From the NCBI GenBank assembly GCA_037447605.1, contig CM074808.1, positions 1,922,001 through 1,986,000 of the forward strand: 64,000 nucleotides of DNA, given 5' to 3'. Numbering within the stretch: position 1 is the stretch's first letter; the number at the start of each line of letters is the position of its first letter. Shown one piece after another: positions 49,588-62,147 of this stretch. Source of the stretch: Zygnema circumcarinatum SAG 698-1b. Its lineage: Eukaryota; Plantae; Zygnematophyceae. The position numbers and the translations under genes are program-made. The notes under the pieces are model-generated. The model searched no databases. It worked only from the letters and a program-made list of their open reading frames with translations, and was not told the DNA's origin.

Positions 49588-50408
49588 CCCTCCCCCCCGC
49601 GGCCAAGCTGAGAGATAACGGTTAAGCGGAGAGGGTGCCGCGCAGGAGCGAGAAGAGAGGGAGGAGGGAGGGCACCGGAGGATGTTAGGGTTTGCGAGCT
49701 GCTCCTTCGGACCTCCTGATGAGGGGCGGACGGGGCAGCGTCCGTTGACGTCACTCGGCGTACAAACGCAAGAGGCGGTGCCCTTATCTTTTGGACATAC
49801 CAGATTTGAGATAAGGTACGCGCGCGGCCCACCGTTTTCAGCCACACCTTTCCTCCCCGGGCAGCTCGTGGCCAACCTTGAGCTGCGCGGACGACGCACG
49901 CCCAATCGGAACCATTGGATCCAATGGTTGATCCAACCCATGGCCCGTCCAACGCATGGCCCGAAATGACTTCGACTGCCGTGTCCGTCCGCGATTGGGC
50001 GAGCGTCGGCCGGGCAGCTGAAATTCTTTCCGGTCCTCCCTCGCCGCGAGTACGAGCAGGTGCAGCCCCCCTTCGGCGCGTCACGTCATGTCACGCGCAC
50101 CGTACGCGACCATTCCCCCACGGCGGTGGCGCCACCTGTCTGTTCGTACAGTCTTATCCGAAATTTGAGATGAGGTAGACGCGCGGCCCACCATTTTGGG
50201 CCACACCTTTCCTCTCCGGGCAGCTCGCGGCCAACCTTGAGCTGCCCGGACGGCGCTCGCCCAATCGCGGACGCTTACGTCGCGCACACGGCAGCCAAAA
50301 CCATTTCAGGGCTGCCCGTGGCCCACCCCAAGGCCACGCCCTCCGGTCCGGGCCATCATTTCTCCCTCACTCACCTCTCTCTCTCTCTCTCTCTCTCTCT
50401 GCTCATCC

Positions 50409-51282
50409 ATGGCCGTGCAGAAGGCTGCAGCTGCTTTGTGCGCCTTATGGCTGCAAGCGATGCAACTTCTCGCAGCAGCGCTAAGCAGCGGGTTGAAGGC
50501 TGCTGTAGCGGCCCGCACGAAGCTTGAAGACCTTGCCTTCGATTTTTGCAGTGTCCCATGGCTGGTCGTCATGGAAAATCTTGGATACAGCTTGCTGGAC
50601 ACGGCTTGGTTCTGGCTGGGTGTGGGCGCCAAAGAAGTCGGAAAGACATACCTTTCCGTTGTGGATTGGCTGCACAAGGAGTTCGCAAGGGAGTTAGCCA
50701 ATTCTCGCCGGGTATGACCTGCTGCATCTTATAAAGCTTTCAAGCCTTTTGTTTTGAGGGTTGTTAGCATCAAAAAGTTCTTTGCCTTGGTGCTTGCTTT
50801 TGTATGGATGAGTTTTTTGGGTTGGTATGCATATGCTGGACTAATGTGGCGCTTGTTGTCTCTTGTTGGCAATACAGGTTCCCCCGACCGTGAGGACATA
50901 TCCCGCATATTACTCGCCGCTCTATCAGCCTCAGCCGCCATTTAATACCAGGCAGTCAAGGCTCTATGAGCCTGAGCCGCCATTTAGTGCCAGGCAGTCC
51001 ATCTTCCGTGACTCATCAGTGTTCAGTGCGAGCCAACTGGCGTTCCGTGAGCCGCAATACAGCCGCCGCCACAGTAGTACTCGGGAGGGGCAAAGGCGAA
51101 TGGGAGGAAATGTGCCAAGTCCCACTCCGCAAAGCTTCTCCTCTTGGAGAATGAAGCAGGAAAAAGAATGGCAAGAAGTAGCTGAATTAGCTTCTATTCG
51201 TGAAAGGTTGAATGATTGGGATCGCGAGAGGAATCGTTTCTCGGGCTGGCACGTGAATTTGGACTTGCCCCGAAACCGCTGA
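50409..51282 (+). CDS. Two-exon hypothetical protein (~235 aa), no recognised domain
   Basis: ATG 50409, phase-0 donor CGG|gtatga after 50711, acceptor atacag|GTT at 50878, in-frame to stop at 51282; divergent from TRAPPC4. Confidence 0.45.
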
Positions 51283-53534
51283 AAACTCCGGTGAAACCAC
51301 TTCATCCCATGTGGAGTGACCCGAGAGGGGTCTTTTTGCCATCTAAGGATGGCCGCAACCTCAAGTGTCCGCTCTGTCCTTGAGAGTTTAAAGCAATGGT
51401 TGAGTCAGCGAAGCTGAAGACTGCGGAGGAATTCAAGAGAGCTTGTTTGGAGGCGTACAATATGTGGCGAGCAAAAGAGACGCCTTTCGAAAGCTCCAAA
51501 GCGAATGGGAAGATTCAGCTTCAGTTTTAGTTTTAGTTGCACGTCAATTTTGCATTTTGATGTACAGTGTTTGCACTTTTGCATTCCTTCATTTGTCGGT
51601 GTCAACGTCAGCTTCAGGTTCAGTTTCAGTTTAGTTTGCTCAGACTTTGGGAGATTGAGTGCGATTTTTTTGCTGCAACATCATTATGTTTGCAATTTCC
51701 ATCGTTGCTCAATTTCAAAGTGCACTTCAAGAGTGTAGCTAAACATGGAACTGGCTGACCAACATTTTTCATTTTTCATTTTTCATTTGATTTTTTTTCA
51801 ATGAGAGTGCAATAAAGCGTTCGCAGGAAATGTTGTGCAGTCGTCGCGTTGGCTTATGAGCGTTGTCCTCAGTTGTATTTCTTTCATAAGAACAAAAGTG
51901 TTTTTCTTTTCCTGTTGGATGGCTCTCTTTCTGCCGGTTTTTTGCAGCACCTCCTTGGTATGTTCATGCTCATGCTGGTTTTGCAAAGCAGCCAGATCTT
52001 GTCCTCTCCTTGTTCCATAATTTGCCCATAATTCTTCCTTTCTGCTCTCCTCCCCTCCCCAGGCAGCCGAAGAAGCCTTTCAGCTTCCTAACCCTACCCT
52101 CCCCTTCCCCTCCCCTTCCCCTCCCCTTCCCCTCCACTTCCCTTCCCCTTCCCCGAGGGAATGGAAAGAGGAAAGGGAGGAGTGGACAGAAGGGAAGTAG
52201 AAAAAAAGAGAATGTGTAAAGGATGATGAGAATGAATGGAAATCGTATGAATGGGACATGAAGAATATATACTTCTGAAAGTTCCATTTTATGTATTGTA
52301 CCACTTCTGCTAGTAAAACTTGTGTTGATGAATTGGAAGTTTACCGCGGACTCGTGCTGTACACTGCATACGGGTTGATTTGAAGATCTCCTGTCTCCCA
52401 TATGTGCTCTTTTCGTTTTTGTGGCACCAAAATTACCAAAATGGTTGATCATGTATGCTGAACAGCATTGGGTCCACTGTGCCTATGAGCATTTGCTGCA
52501 GCGAGAAAGTTTTCTGGCTGAAGCCCTCTCCCTTTCCATTAAATCTACGCTGCTGCCTTTACTCATTGTTTGTAGCTCCTGTGCTTGATTTTGTTTCAAT
52601 AAGACCGGTTGCTGGCAGGCTGATCTCGACCAAAAGCCATCTTGGTGATGTCTGATATGCAATCTGTACATGTGAGAGCGAATTGTGAGACCAGCATTCT
52701 TCATTTCTATTCAACCAGTCGTGTGTTTTCAGGCTCTCGTCGAACTCTTGTAGAGGCTTGATATTTTGCGAATCACCAACATTCAGTTTGTTTGACAAAT
52801 CCGTATGGAAGTCATTGAGAATAATGTCCTTTTTAAACTTCTTGAGCTTCCGGTCCACCATTTGAATGCCTTGTTTGCGAGTTTCTCTTTTTTCCTCTTC
52901 GAGGCTTTTCATATCTTCGGACCAGCGGCCGCCCCAAAAGCCGGGGAAGCATCGATCCAAATGACACGGGCCAATGGCAGAGAAGTTTCAGCCCTGAGCT
53001 TGAGGGCTTTAGCCTTCAGCCCCTCATGAAGTTCGGCATTGATAATTTTCTGTACAAGATAGCACGGTGTTCCTGCACAAAGTATGGCCTGGAGGAGGCA
53101 TTGCCACCCTTCTAGTACATTTTAATTGTATTCAAGGTCTGGGCTGGCGGTTCAGTTCCGCAGGGATAAAGTCACTTGGAATGTGCAGCAGTAGCCGATC
53201 GACATCCACGCATTGTGTAATTGTGTGAGTTACAAATCGCAGCGGGGATTGCACCAAAGCATGGCCGCTTTGCGATCAACGATGGCCTCAAGACGTCTGA
53301 GCCAAGAAACTGAAGTTCTGTGGCGGAGTCATCCTATTGCCCACCAAATCGACCGAGCACAGCCTCACCATCGCCAGGCAAAGCTTTAATATACAGACAT
53401 ATATTAAGAGGACACATTTACAAATGGCGGGAGCTAAAGTTCAAGTAAGAGAAGTCTAATTCCACACTATGCATATGCCTGCCTTGGCCAGCGGCTGCGC
53501 CTGCCAAAGAGGTTCCCAGCTGGCACGAATCCTA

Positions 53535-55818
53535 CTAGCGGAGATATGCCATCTGCGCTGCTGGACGCGGGTCATCCGCTGCCTCCGCCTGGCATTTCCC
53601 GAAACATATAAGACAACGTAAGCATCATATCAAAATGGTAGAAAGCATGAGAAGCACAAACATGGGCAAACTCCTGCCTAGCTCTTTACAGCAGATAGAC
53701 CCAGTCACTGAACTCAGAATCTCTTCAGTACAGAAAACGCAGACACCAGTTTGCGTGGCAACAGGCCATCTACAAAGTGGACCCTTCCCTCCCGCCAAAT
53801 GAGCCCCGTGAACGAGCAGCAGCATTACCTGAGGCTGGGCAGGCCTGCTGCCATGCGGGGCAGTTGGCAGCTGAAGCTCCGAGTCAGCAATTTCAGGTTC
53901 AGCTGACGCTGGTTGCAAGTATGCAGGCAACGAGTCGGTGTCAGCCTCCGTCCCCATGTCTGCCTCCAGCGCATCAAGTTCTGCAGAATACCAACCCACG
54001 CAGGGACAGGAAATAAAACGCTGTTCAGTGAACAGCAGTAGAAAGGCATAGAAGAGAAAACGTTTATCCAAAATTGCTCTATGCTGTCGACTCCAGTCCT
54101 TAGCTTCAGGCTTGAGGGAATGAGCAGTGCACAATTACAAGTGTCTAGTGTAAAATGAAAAAGCCCCACATTTGATGCATATGCACAACGGAAAGAGAAA
54201 CCTTCCAGCCAAAAGGAACTGGAGTTCTATGGCAGTTGAAAATACCTCCCAAAAGGTCATCTTCATCCAAGTCATCTGGCACACCATAACTGCGACCCAA
54301 AGTCTCTTGGATTTCAGAGCTGTAGTCCATAAGGTCCATCATGTCATCTTGCATTTTCTGCACCACAGTAACAAAATACCAGTCAAATTATAGTCCTGTT
54401 TGTACTCAATGTAACTTCAGATAAAACTCGATTTGCAAAAGCAAGACATCATAAAGGCCAATCAAGTCACATACATCCACGTCGTCAATCTTCAAAGTCT
54501 TCATTTGTCCCTTAAGTTCCTTGTTCGCTGCTTTCATTGCTGCCATCTGCACCCAACCGCCCATCATCTTCGAATCAGAGCCTCTCATCACCATCTCTTC
54601 AAAACGTGAGCAAGATTGCAGAGTTCCAAAGCAACCGTGACATGTGTTTTCCCTGCACAACCAAGAGTCAAAAAGCTGAACGACACATGCTATCGCCTTC
54701 AAGACGATGGGACATGATACTGGCATTGTGGAGCTTGCAAAAAAAATATCTAGGCACTTCTAACATTAACATTAACAGCCTTAACCATCAACACCTTGAC
54801 TTTTGCTATAGATGTAAAACTGACGCATCAGTTGGGCTTGCTGAGCTCACCGTTTGTTGCGCATCTTTAAGACCTTCACTGGCGAAAGACACTTGTTCTA
54901 GGTTGAAACTCTGGTTATAAAGGTTATCCCTTTGTCCCTCAAACCTGGCACAAGCTCGTTTCACGCACTTTAACGACCAGATATTGAGAATCTTGCTTCA
55001 GCAGTCACACCAAGTGATTACTGAAATCAAAGTGGCTTTCGTTTCTCATGATCGCACAGCAAACCAGAAACAATGTCGAAGTGTAAACATTGCAGGACGG
55101 ACAGGAATGCATGGGGCAAAAAGCCATGTGTATACCATTTACTGCATACAAATGGTTGGACCGTATCTGGAATGAAAAACAAACAAAAGGGGCGAAAATG
55201 CATCGAGATTGAGGAGTACACTCTGAGAAAACACGCCGTTACGAGTATCTGGACTCACCAAAAAATATTTATCGCTTCACAAAGACCTGCTTGATACTGG
55301 ACAATCCAAGCTCCCTCACACTTGGACGCCCAAGACTTAAAAAAAATTCCTAAGCACACGTATGCATGCTTGAATAGCATCATTCCGTACATGCGAAGAT
55401 ACGCTCCACATACAGAAAAGGATTTTTTACCGACTGCAAGAGTAAGCTTACATTTTTTTCTGCCGAAGAAGCCGCATGGCCCGAGCTTTAATGGCCTCCT
55501 GAGCTGGCCCTGGCCTCGTGCGCTTTATTTGTTCTCTATACTTGAACAACTCTGCGTCCAGCTTCCGTATCTTCTCATCGATGTTATCTCCTCGTTTATT
55601 TATCTGCATTCAGGCCGTTTGCTTTGTGTGAGAGACTGCGAAATCTGCAAACTGCAATTTAAACCTAATTTTTTGCCCATTCGTGGCTGCTGAAATGGTC
55701 CAAATAAGACGAGCATAAACACTGAATAATTATTGAGAGGAGGCATTACTCTTTCATTCGACTCCTCCAACGTCGGAGGAGGAACCTTATCCTTCTTCAC
55801 TCCAAAGACGCGCCGCAT
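53535..55818 (-). CDS. VPS60: ESCRT-III associated VPS60/CHMP5 (Snf7 family), multi-exon
   Basis: MRRVFGVKK..PPPTL; INKRGDNIDEKIRKLDAEL...ARAMRLLRQKKM; FEGQRDNLYNQSFNLEQVSFASEGLKDAQQT; MKAANKELK; LMDYSSEIQETLGRSYGVPDDLDEDDL; ELDALE. Last exon and stop inferred. Confidence 0.93.
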
Positions 55819-56313
55819 GGTCACTCCTCCTGGTGCCGAAGGTCAGCTAAAAATCAAAAGCTGCCAATTGACCGAGACCTTCCCCCTTTCTTGCCTCCTC
55901 AAGCCCTAAACGAACTGCAGCAATCCGCCTCTCCCTCCAAGCAAGAAAGATTCTGAAGGCCGCCCCCTCCCTCCAGGCGCCCAGCTGCTTCACGGTAGTT
56001 TGTGGAACAGCAGCTCGCGCCAGGACGCCTCTGTCTCATGCAAACCCTAAAAGCAGTCTTCCTTGGTCAGCCTGCAGACCGCCTCCGAAGCAACGCCACT
56101 GGCTGCGACAAAAATGTTTTTCCCGCTGCCCGTTTCCTTCGAAGTTGACGAGACCCATTTTGAAAATACATTTTCGAAGAGCAGGACAGCACAGAATATG
56201 TTTTCTCTGCCCGTGATCGGTTTCATAAAAATGGAAAGGTTTTCAATGCTGGTCCCCCCTTGCGTCCGGATGAAGGCCCTTCCCTTCCCTAACAGGCGGC
56301 GCCATCGGAGGCC

Positions 56314-57045
56314 ATGCTCTTTCAGGCCCTTCAGGGCGTCCATGGCGGCCAAGGTCTCGCCCAGCATCTCCCCCTATCCCACATATCGAAGAACGATCAC
56401 AATCAGCATACTGTGTGTATTCACAGCGTTTTTCTAAGGCAGCAAGAGCGTAGGCTTGAATTATATACGTCTCACGATTACTGGTGCAGGACTATAGGCA
56501 GAACAGCCTTGAGGATTCATGGTGAGGGCAGCAGCAAGCTCAATATACCTACTGCCTATGGCGGCTCTGTCCGTAGTCTTCCCATCCGGCTTATATCTGT
56601 CGGGAAGTCTCGGAGTCCGGGCACACATCTCCTCGTTGAACAATACAGCTCAAAGATAAAGCGGTATTGCCCCTTCGAGGAGCTGCAATTGCGACCGAAC
56701 CCTAAAAATAGTCCTGAGGCGCATGTTCAGATTCTTGCAGAGGGAGAGCGCGTGTTGCGATCTTTAAACTCGCGGGACTTCGTGGTCGTGCTCGATGAGA
56801 GGGGGAAAAAGTTGAACTCAGAGCAGTTTGCAAGTCTCATTGCCAGCGCGGGAGAGTCTGCAGCATCGGCTATAGTGGTTTGTGTGGGAGGTCCCTACGG
56901 CCATGGCGACGCTGTGCGGCAGCGTGCTGACTGCATCGTGTGCCTGTCGTCCATGGTGCTCAACCACGAAGTAGCGCTTGTCGTAGCAATGGAGCAGCTT
57001 TACCGGGCTTGGACAATTTTACGAGGAGAGAAATACCATCACTGA
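56314..57045 (+). CDS. rlmH: 23S rRNA pseudouridine methyltransferase RlmH-like (SPOUT), probably organellar
   Basis: LPIRLISVGK, VVLDERGK, VGGPYGHG, LSSMVLNHEVALVVAMEQLYRAWTILRGEKYHH. N-terminus/start uncertain. Confidence 0.92.
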   Translation: MLFQALQGVHGGQGLAQHLPLSHISKNDHNQHTVCIHSVFLRQQERRLELYTSHDYWCRTIGRTALRIHGEGSSKLNIPTAYGGSVRSLPIRLISVGKSRSPGTHLLVEQYSSKIKRYCPFEELQLRPNPKNSPEAHVQILAEGERVLRSLNSRDFVVVLDERGKKLNSEQFASLIASAGESAASAIVVCVGGPYGHGDAVRQRADCIVCLSSMVLNHEVALVVAMEQLYRAWTILRGEKYHH

Positions 57046-58459
57046 ATTCATCGCTTTCGCTTCGATGAAGGTGCCAAGTGCGCCCAAGCATCGTGATCTG
57101 TGTGCTGCTTGCGCAGTCGGAGCGCAGAGTAATAAGTGTGCCATATTCGTCACTGCAACTCCTCAGGTTAGGATGAGCATCATTGCCCTGCGCTTACACC
57201 TACCTGTTAATTGCACCATCTCCCTCCCTGTTGAGAATGGACGCTTGCCACGAAAATTTTACAAGATGCAGGTCCTGCTTCCACCTCTGTTTTTCACCTT
57301 AGCACAAAAGTTGTCTATAGTTGTGGAATAAGTTTAAAAGTGAGTTTTTCACGCACAGGAAATTCTATTTATCCTCTCTTGCACTTAGCTCACGTCTAAC
57401 CAGACGTAGTCTACGTCTGGTTGTGATGCGGAATAAAAAATCCTCCATCGACTCTCAACTTTTTCATCTGGTGGCCTCACTCCTGAGTTTCTATCTCCAA
57501 TCCAATGACTGGAGTCACACATCTATGCCCAAAAGAGCACGTCAATAAAGAATCATGTGCATCGCTTTGCAACAACATGCGGCATCAGCATATACCAGGA
57601 TGTTTTACAATATATTACTCAACTTTTGCAGTTGTACCGCAAGTACTCCAGCGATGTGTGCAGCCAGCTTTTGGGTGCATTGAATCTAAACCTTGTTCAA
57701 GCATCAAAAGCTTTTAAGCACCTGGCTTGAGAGCATCGTTGAGCTTTCTGAGATTGGCCGAGATGAGGCGCGGAACTCTTATACCCCAAAAAAATCAACA
57801 GTATCCAAAATGTTCAATTTCAGGAGCACATTTATGAGTCCGTGGACGCATCGAATACCTGCAACCAAATCCATGTGGTTTGCTCAGTGAACAACAGACA
57901 GAAGCAAGCAATACATGATTATTTTCGTTCTTGCACAGAGAATTGGCGTGATGAGAAAGGCTTCACTTGGAGACACGAGACAAGCCTCTTAAGTTCAGTT
58001 GGTTGACTTGGGGCGTGAAATCTGGATTTTAGTTTTAAGAGCAACTTCTTGCAAGCGTGTGTTCTAAACTCACACTGGGAGATTATATAAATTGGCAAGA
58101 TTCCAACAGTCTCGACAAAATTGCAGGGCTGGAATGAGTGAGACAATAGCCCTAAGTGAATTTTAACATTCCTTCAGGTGATCTTACATATGAAGGGTAA
58201 AGCAAACCAGCAAGTATGACATGGCCAGTATTAACTGTTTTTTTACTGTTCAGAAATGTAAACGCCTCAGCCATTATAGAAAGCACCCGATTCCTGCAAG
58301 TTTGCCTGTGGCGCAAGATGAATAGAAACATAATCGAGTCCAACATCGCATTCATTCATGGCAACAACCATGCAGTGATGACATCTTCAACCCTCACTCT
58401 GTCACTGTATAAACCACTGGAAAACGATCGCTGTTAGAGCAAGAGTTGGTAACTTACAT

Positions 58460-61400
58460 TGAGGACGTTAATCTTTTTCTTGAGTTCAGTTGCCTTCTCT
58501 GGTTTAAGTCCTCCTGCGTCTATGACCCGCTTCAGTCGGCCCACCTCCTGCCTCACAGAAGCAATCCAAACGAAGAGTGAATTCACACTCGAGTTCTGAT
58601 AACATGTTCTAGCGGTGTGTGCATGCCATACAGTGACTTTCCATCAACCAGTTATTTCCAGAACAAGCCATCGTGTATGCAATTTATTTGAATTCAGTAC
58701 TGGTATTACCCTCGCATGCAGGAGCTGACCAACGCCTTCATCTTTCTTCTAGGCTTGCCAGAGCTGCTTAGATTGATTGCCAACTCAATAAGACACATTT
58801 CAGCCAGTGTTTTTCTATTAGATGGTGTAGATGGTGCAGCCACACCTTGCTGATGTAATCGTCACCACGCTTGATTGTATTCGACATCACTTTCACATAG
58901 TACGCCCCGGACCTGCACTCGATTTCAAACCGTAAGGGAGACTGTTACGCTCACCATATTTTCAACAAAGCTATGTACATGCTTTTTAGAAGCTACATTA
59001 GAGGGACGCGTTCACCATTTGACTTCACCGTGAGGCGTACTTCCACACGAATAACATGTTGGTGTACAGAAAATCTCCAAATGTAAAAAAAAAAAAAAAA
59101 AAAAAAATGGTTATGGTTATTGTTAGGTTATATACCTGATCTTGACCTAACCAATAGATTTCAGGGTTCTCATGAAAGCCTGTTCTAAAATCAGTGCAAC
59201 CGCTAGCATCAGATGAAATAATGTAGACCTACTTGGCATCTTCCTTCTCCAGGTCCTTCACTGCTTCTGCCATCATGTCTGCAACTCTCTCCCGTTCGGT
59301 CGGTTGATGCATGAATGCCTTCACCAAGCCCTCCAGCTTCTTCACCGTCCCAGCCTGTATAATCTCAGAAAAACGGTCAAACATTAAAGACTATTTTTTC
59401 ATTGTAATGGCACTTAAGTACCAACTGGTCCGAGTCTGGAGTAAGTAGACCATAGAAGTGCAATGAGTGAAGATAGACTGATATAGCCAGCACTTACTTC
59501 AATTGGGAAATGTCTATCCAACATGACCGTGTGTATGACCACGCAGGCACAAATAAGCCATGTGCAGAACCAGCTCCTCAGAGTCAAAATCTATAGTTCC
59601 ACGAGTTGCAGAAGTTTAATGGAGAGCTAACCTTTGTCCCTGATATCATGTACTCCACAATGGCCTGTGCGTTTGTCTCGCCATCATATCTGCAATGAGA
59701 TTGGTACATCATGGATCATGTAATGCAAAGCATTTTAACGCAGTATCAGCAAGTCCTGTAGGTGTCAGAATAGAGTTGTTCAAAGTCAGAGAAGGGTCTC
59801 CTGAACCACCTCCGTGAAGCCAAGTTTTGCACTTTTCATGCAAGTTATGCACCTTTCATGGCAGCAATCTTGTCAAAAAGACGTGGGAGGAAGGGAAGAT
59901 GAAACCATTTATGTAACAATGGAGACAGAAGACTCTTACTCTTCAGGCTTAATAGAGCCCTTCTCGAAGACTTTGAGCGTTGGGTACCTGCAAAGGCGCA
60001 TATCCCATGAATCGTTAGAATCCATGTGCATCGTACAGAATGATATTGCTCATTAGACATTGACAAGCCTTTGCTCCTGGAGCTTTCACATGCCATACGC
60101 TGTGCGCTATGGTAAAGAGGCTTGCCAACTGGCCTTTACTCTGTGGCTGCTATGCATGCGTTCATATAAAGGCTTCATAACGGCAGAGAGCACCAGACAG
60201 AGCAATGAGTAATGCAGCGTTAAGCACAATGAAACGAGAATTACTTCCTCAAGAGCATGACAACGGATTTCTCATCAATGACTGGAATAGCTCAGGTTTG
60301 ACAGGTGCAAATTTCACGCTACGGGCAATGGAGGCCTTGACTTTTTTAGCGTAGTGCCTTTTGAACACAGTAGTGGAGGTGGACTTTGGCATTGGGGCCC
60401 CACCCGTCAATGTCGAATCTTTCACCAATTTTCCCTTGCTTTTCAGTATTCACCTGCCAAACGCATCAGCAGCCCCTCAACGCTCAGCTTCATTCTCGCC
60501 TTGAATTTTCTTCCTTTCATGACTCCATGTCTAACACTCATTCGTCGGAAGGCGGTTGATTTGAATGCATTCACTGATGTTGATTTCTGATGTTTCTGAA
60601 ACCAGCCTATTCTTATAAAGTTCAAGAGAAAGTTAGAGCATGGACGCTAGCTAAACAAAACAATGAAACAAATGTATGTTGCGGTTTAGCGTGAAAGACA
60701 AAGCTCGAGGAGAAAATGGGGCAAACAGCTTGAGAAGTGAGCAATGAGCATATGCTAAAAAGTCCAGTTACGAAAGTCATACTACTTTTGCAAAAACGCG
60801 AGAGGAAAAAGCCTATGGCTTACCTTTGCGATGAGCATGTCTGGGTACTTTGCAAGTTCTTCTCCGGCTGCTTTCATATCTTCAATCATGGCCTGGACGT
60901 GCTCCCAGCCCAAACAAACAACAAATTTACTTTGCTGCTCGATTCATGAGGCGAAAAGCATATAGACACTCCAGGCTATTTGCTGATGGAATACCAAAGG
61001 TACCATTTCGTGGTGGAAAATGCTGCAAATTCTTAATCATAGAAAATTGATATGTAGTTGTTGGTTTCAATGATCTGCGAGACACTTTCTGTGAGCTAGC
61101 TGTATCTTTCTTTTGTCTTAGATCTGTATTGTACGTGAAAGCAGCTAAGTGTCTAACATGTTCAAACACCTAAACTCCCACGGCACGTGTCCAGGGCTAG
61201 ATGCAAAACGCCACGAATGTAACAGGATTTTCCGGAACAGTGTAGTCGAAGTACTACCAGAAACCTTCCCACAAGCTTTTTTTTGAAACAGAGATATGCT
61301 TCACCTTCGAATCCGGGCACCAGTGTGCGAAAAATTGCACAAAAAAGTCCTTGCTTCCATCCACGAGGATTCGAGGCAGCTCATAGTACATGTGACAAGC

Positions 61401-61786
61401 TTTTCCAGGAAAGTGTACTTGAATTACTACCAGAAACCTTCCCAGATTTTTTTTGAAACAGATATATGCTTCACCTTCGAATTCGGGCACCAGTGAGCGT
61501 AAAATTGCACAAAAACCTTCTTGCTTCCATCCACGACTTTGTCAAATGTCAGCTCATCCAGCTCCAAAACACCTTGCATATGTTGTTCTGGGCCTTTCTC
61601 CGCCTCATCCTCAGAATCCTGCATCTCACCCTCCCCCTCCTCCCCATACTCCGCCGAATAGTCTCCAAAGTCTTCCCCGGGCCCAATGCCGCCGCCCTCT
61701 CCACCAGCAGGAGCCGGCCCTGCCAGCAGCAGGAGAGCAAGCGCGGCCAACAGGAGCAGACACGCCGACCTACAGGAGGCCCGCAT
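58460..61786 (-). CDS. PDI-like ER protein: signal peptide, one thioredoxin domain with WCPNS site, ERp29-type C-terminal (D) domain
   Basis: Spliced exons: ...VLELDELTFDKVVDGSKKVFVQFYAHWCPNSK | AMIEDMKAAGEELAKYPDMLIAK | VNTEKQGKIGERFDIDG | YPTLKVFEKG | YDGETNAQAIVEYM | AGTVKKLEGLVKAF | SGAYYVKVMSNTIKRGDDYISK | EVGRLKRVI...KKKINVLN. Terminal exon not resolved. Confidence 0.8.
61250..61540 (-). repeat. Tandem duplication (~170-bp offset) of PDI exon-1 end and donor site
   Basis: 61253-61368 copies 61426-61540; encodes VDGSKDFFVQFFAHWCPDSK|gtgaag vs VDGSKKVFVQFYAHWCPNSK|gtgaag. Confidence 0.9.
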
Positions 61787-62147
61787 GGCTGCTGCCGCCT
61801 TCCCTGCTGCAACCTGCCCACTCCGCCACTCCCTCCCTCCCCTGCCCCTCTCCTCCCCCCCTGCCCCTCTCCTCCCCCCCTGCGACTCCGCCCCCTCGCC
61901 TTTTACAGAAGCTTGGCCAGTTGGCCTCCTTTGAAGCTTCCTTGGTCAGCAAAGCCACTCACAACTTGCCACGTCTGCATAATTTATGACATGGCAGTTT
62001 CTGATTGGTTCCTAACTAATACCGTACGGAAGACTTGACATCGTACGGTACGGTACCTTGTGTGTCGATTTCGGGCCTGCGTGCCTGCGCTGCATGGATG
62101 GATGGATGGGTGGATAGATGGAAAACAGATTTCTCCTTCTCACGTAG

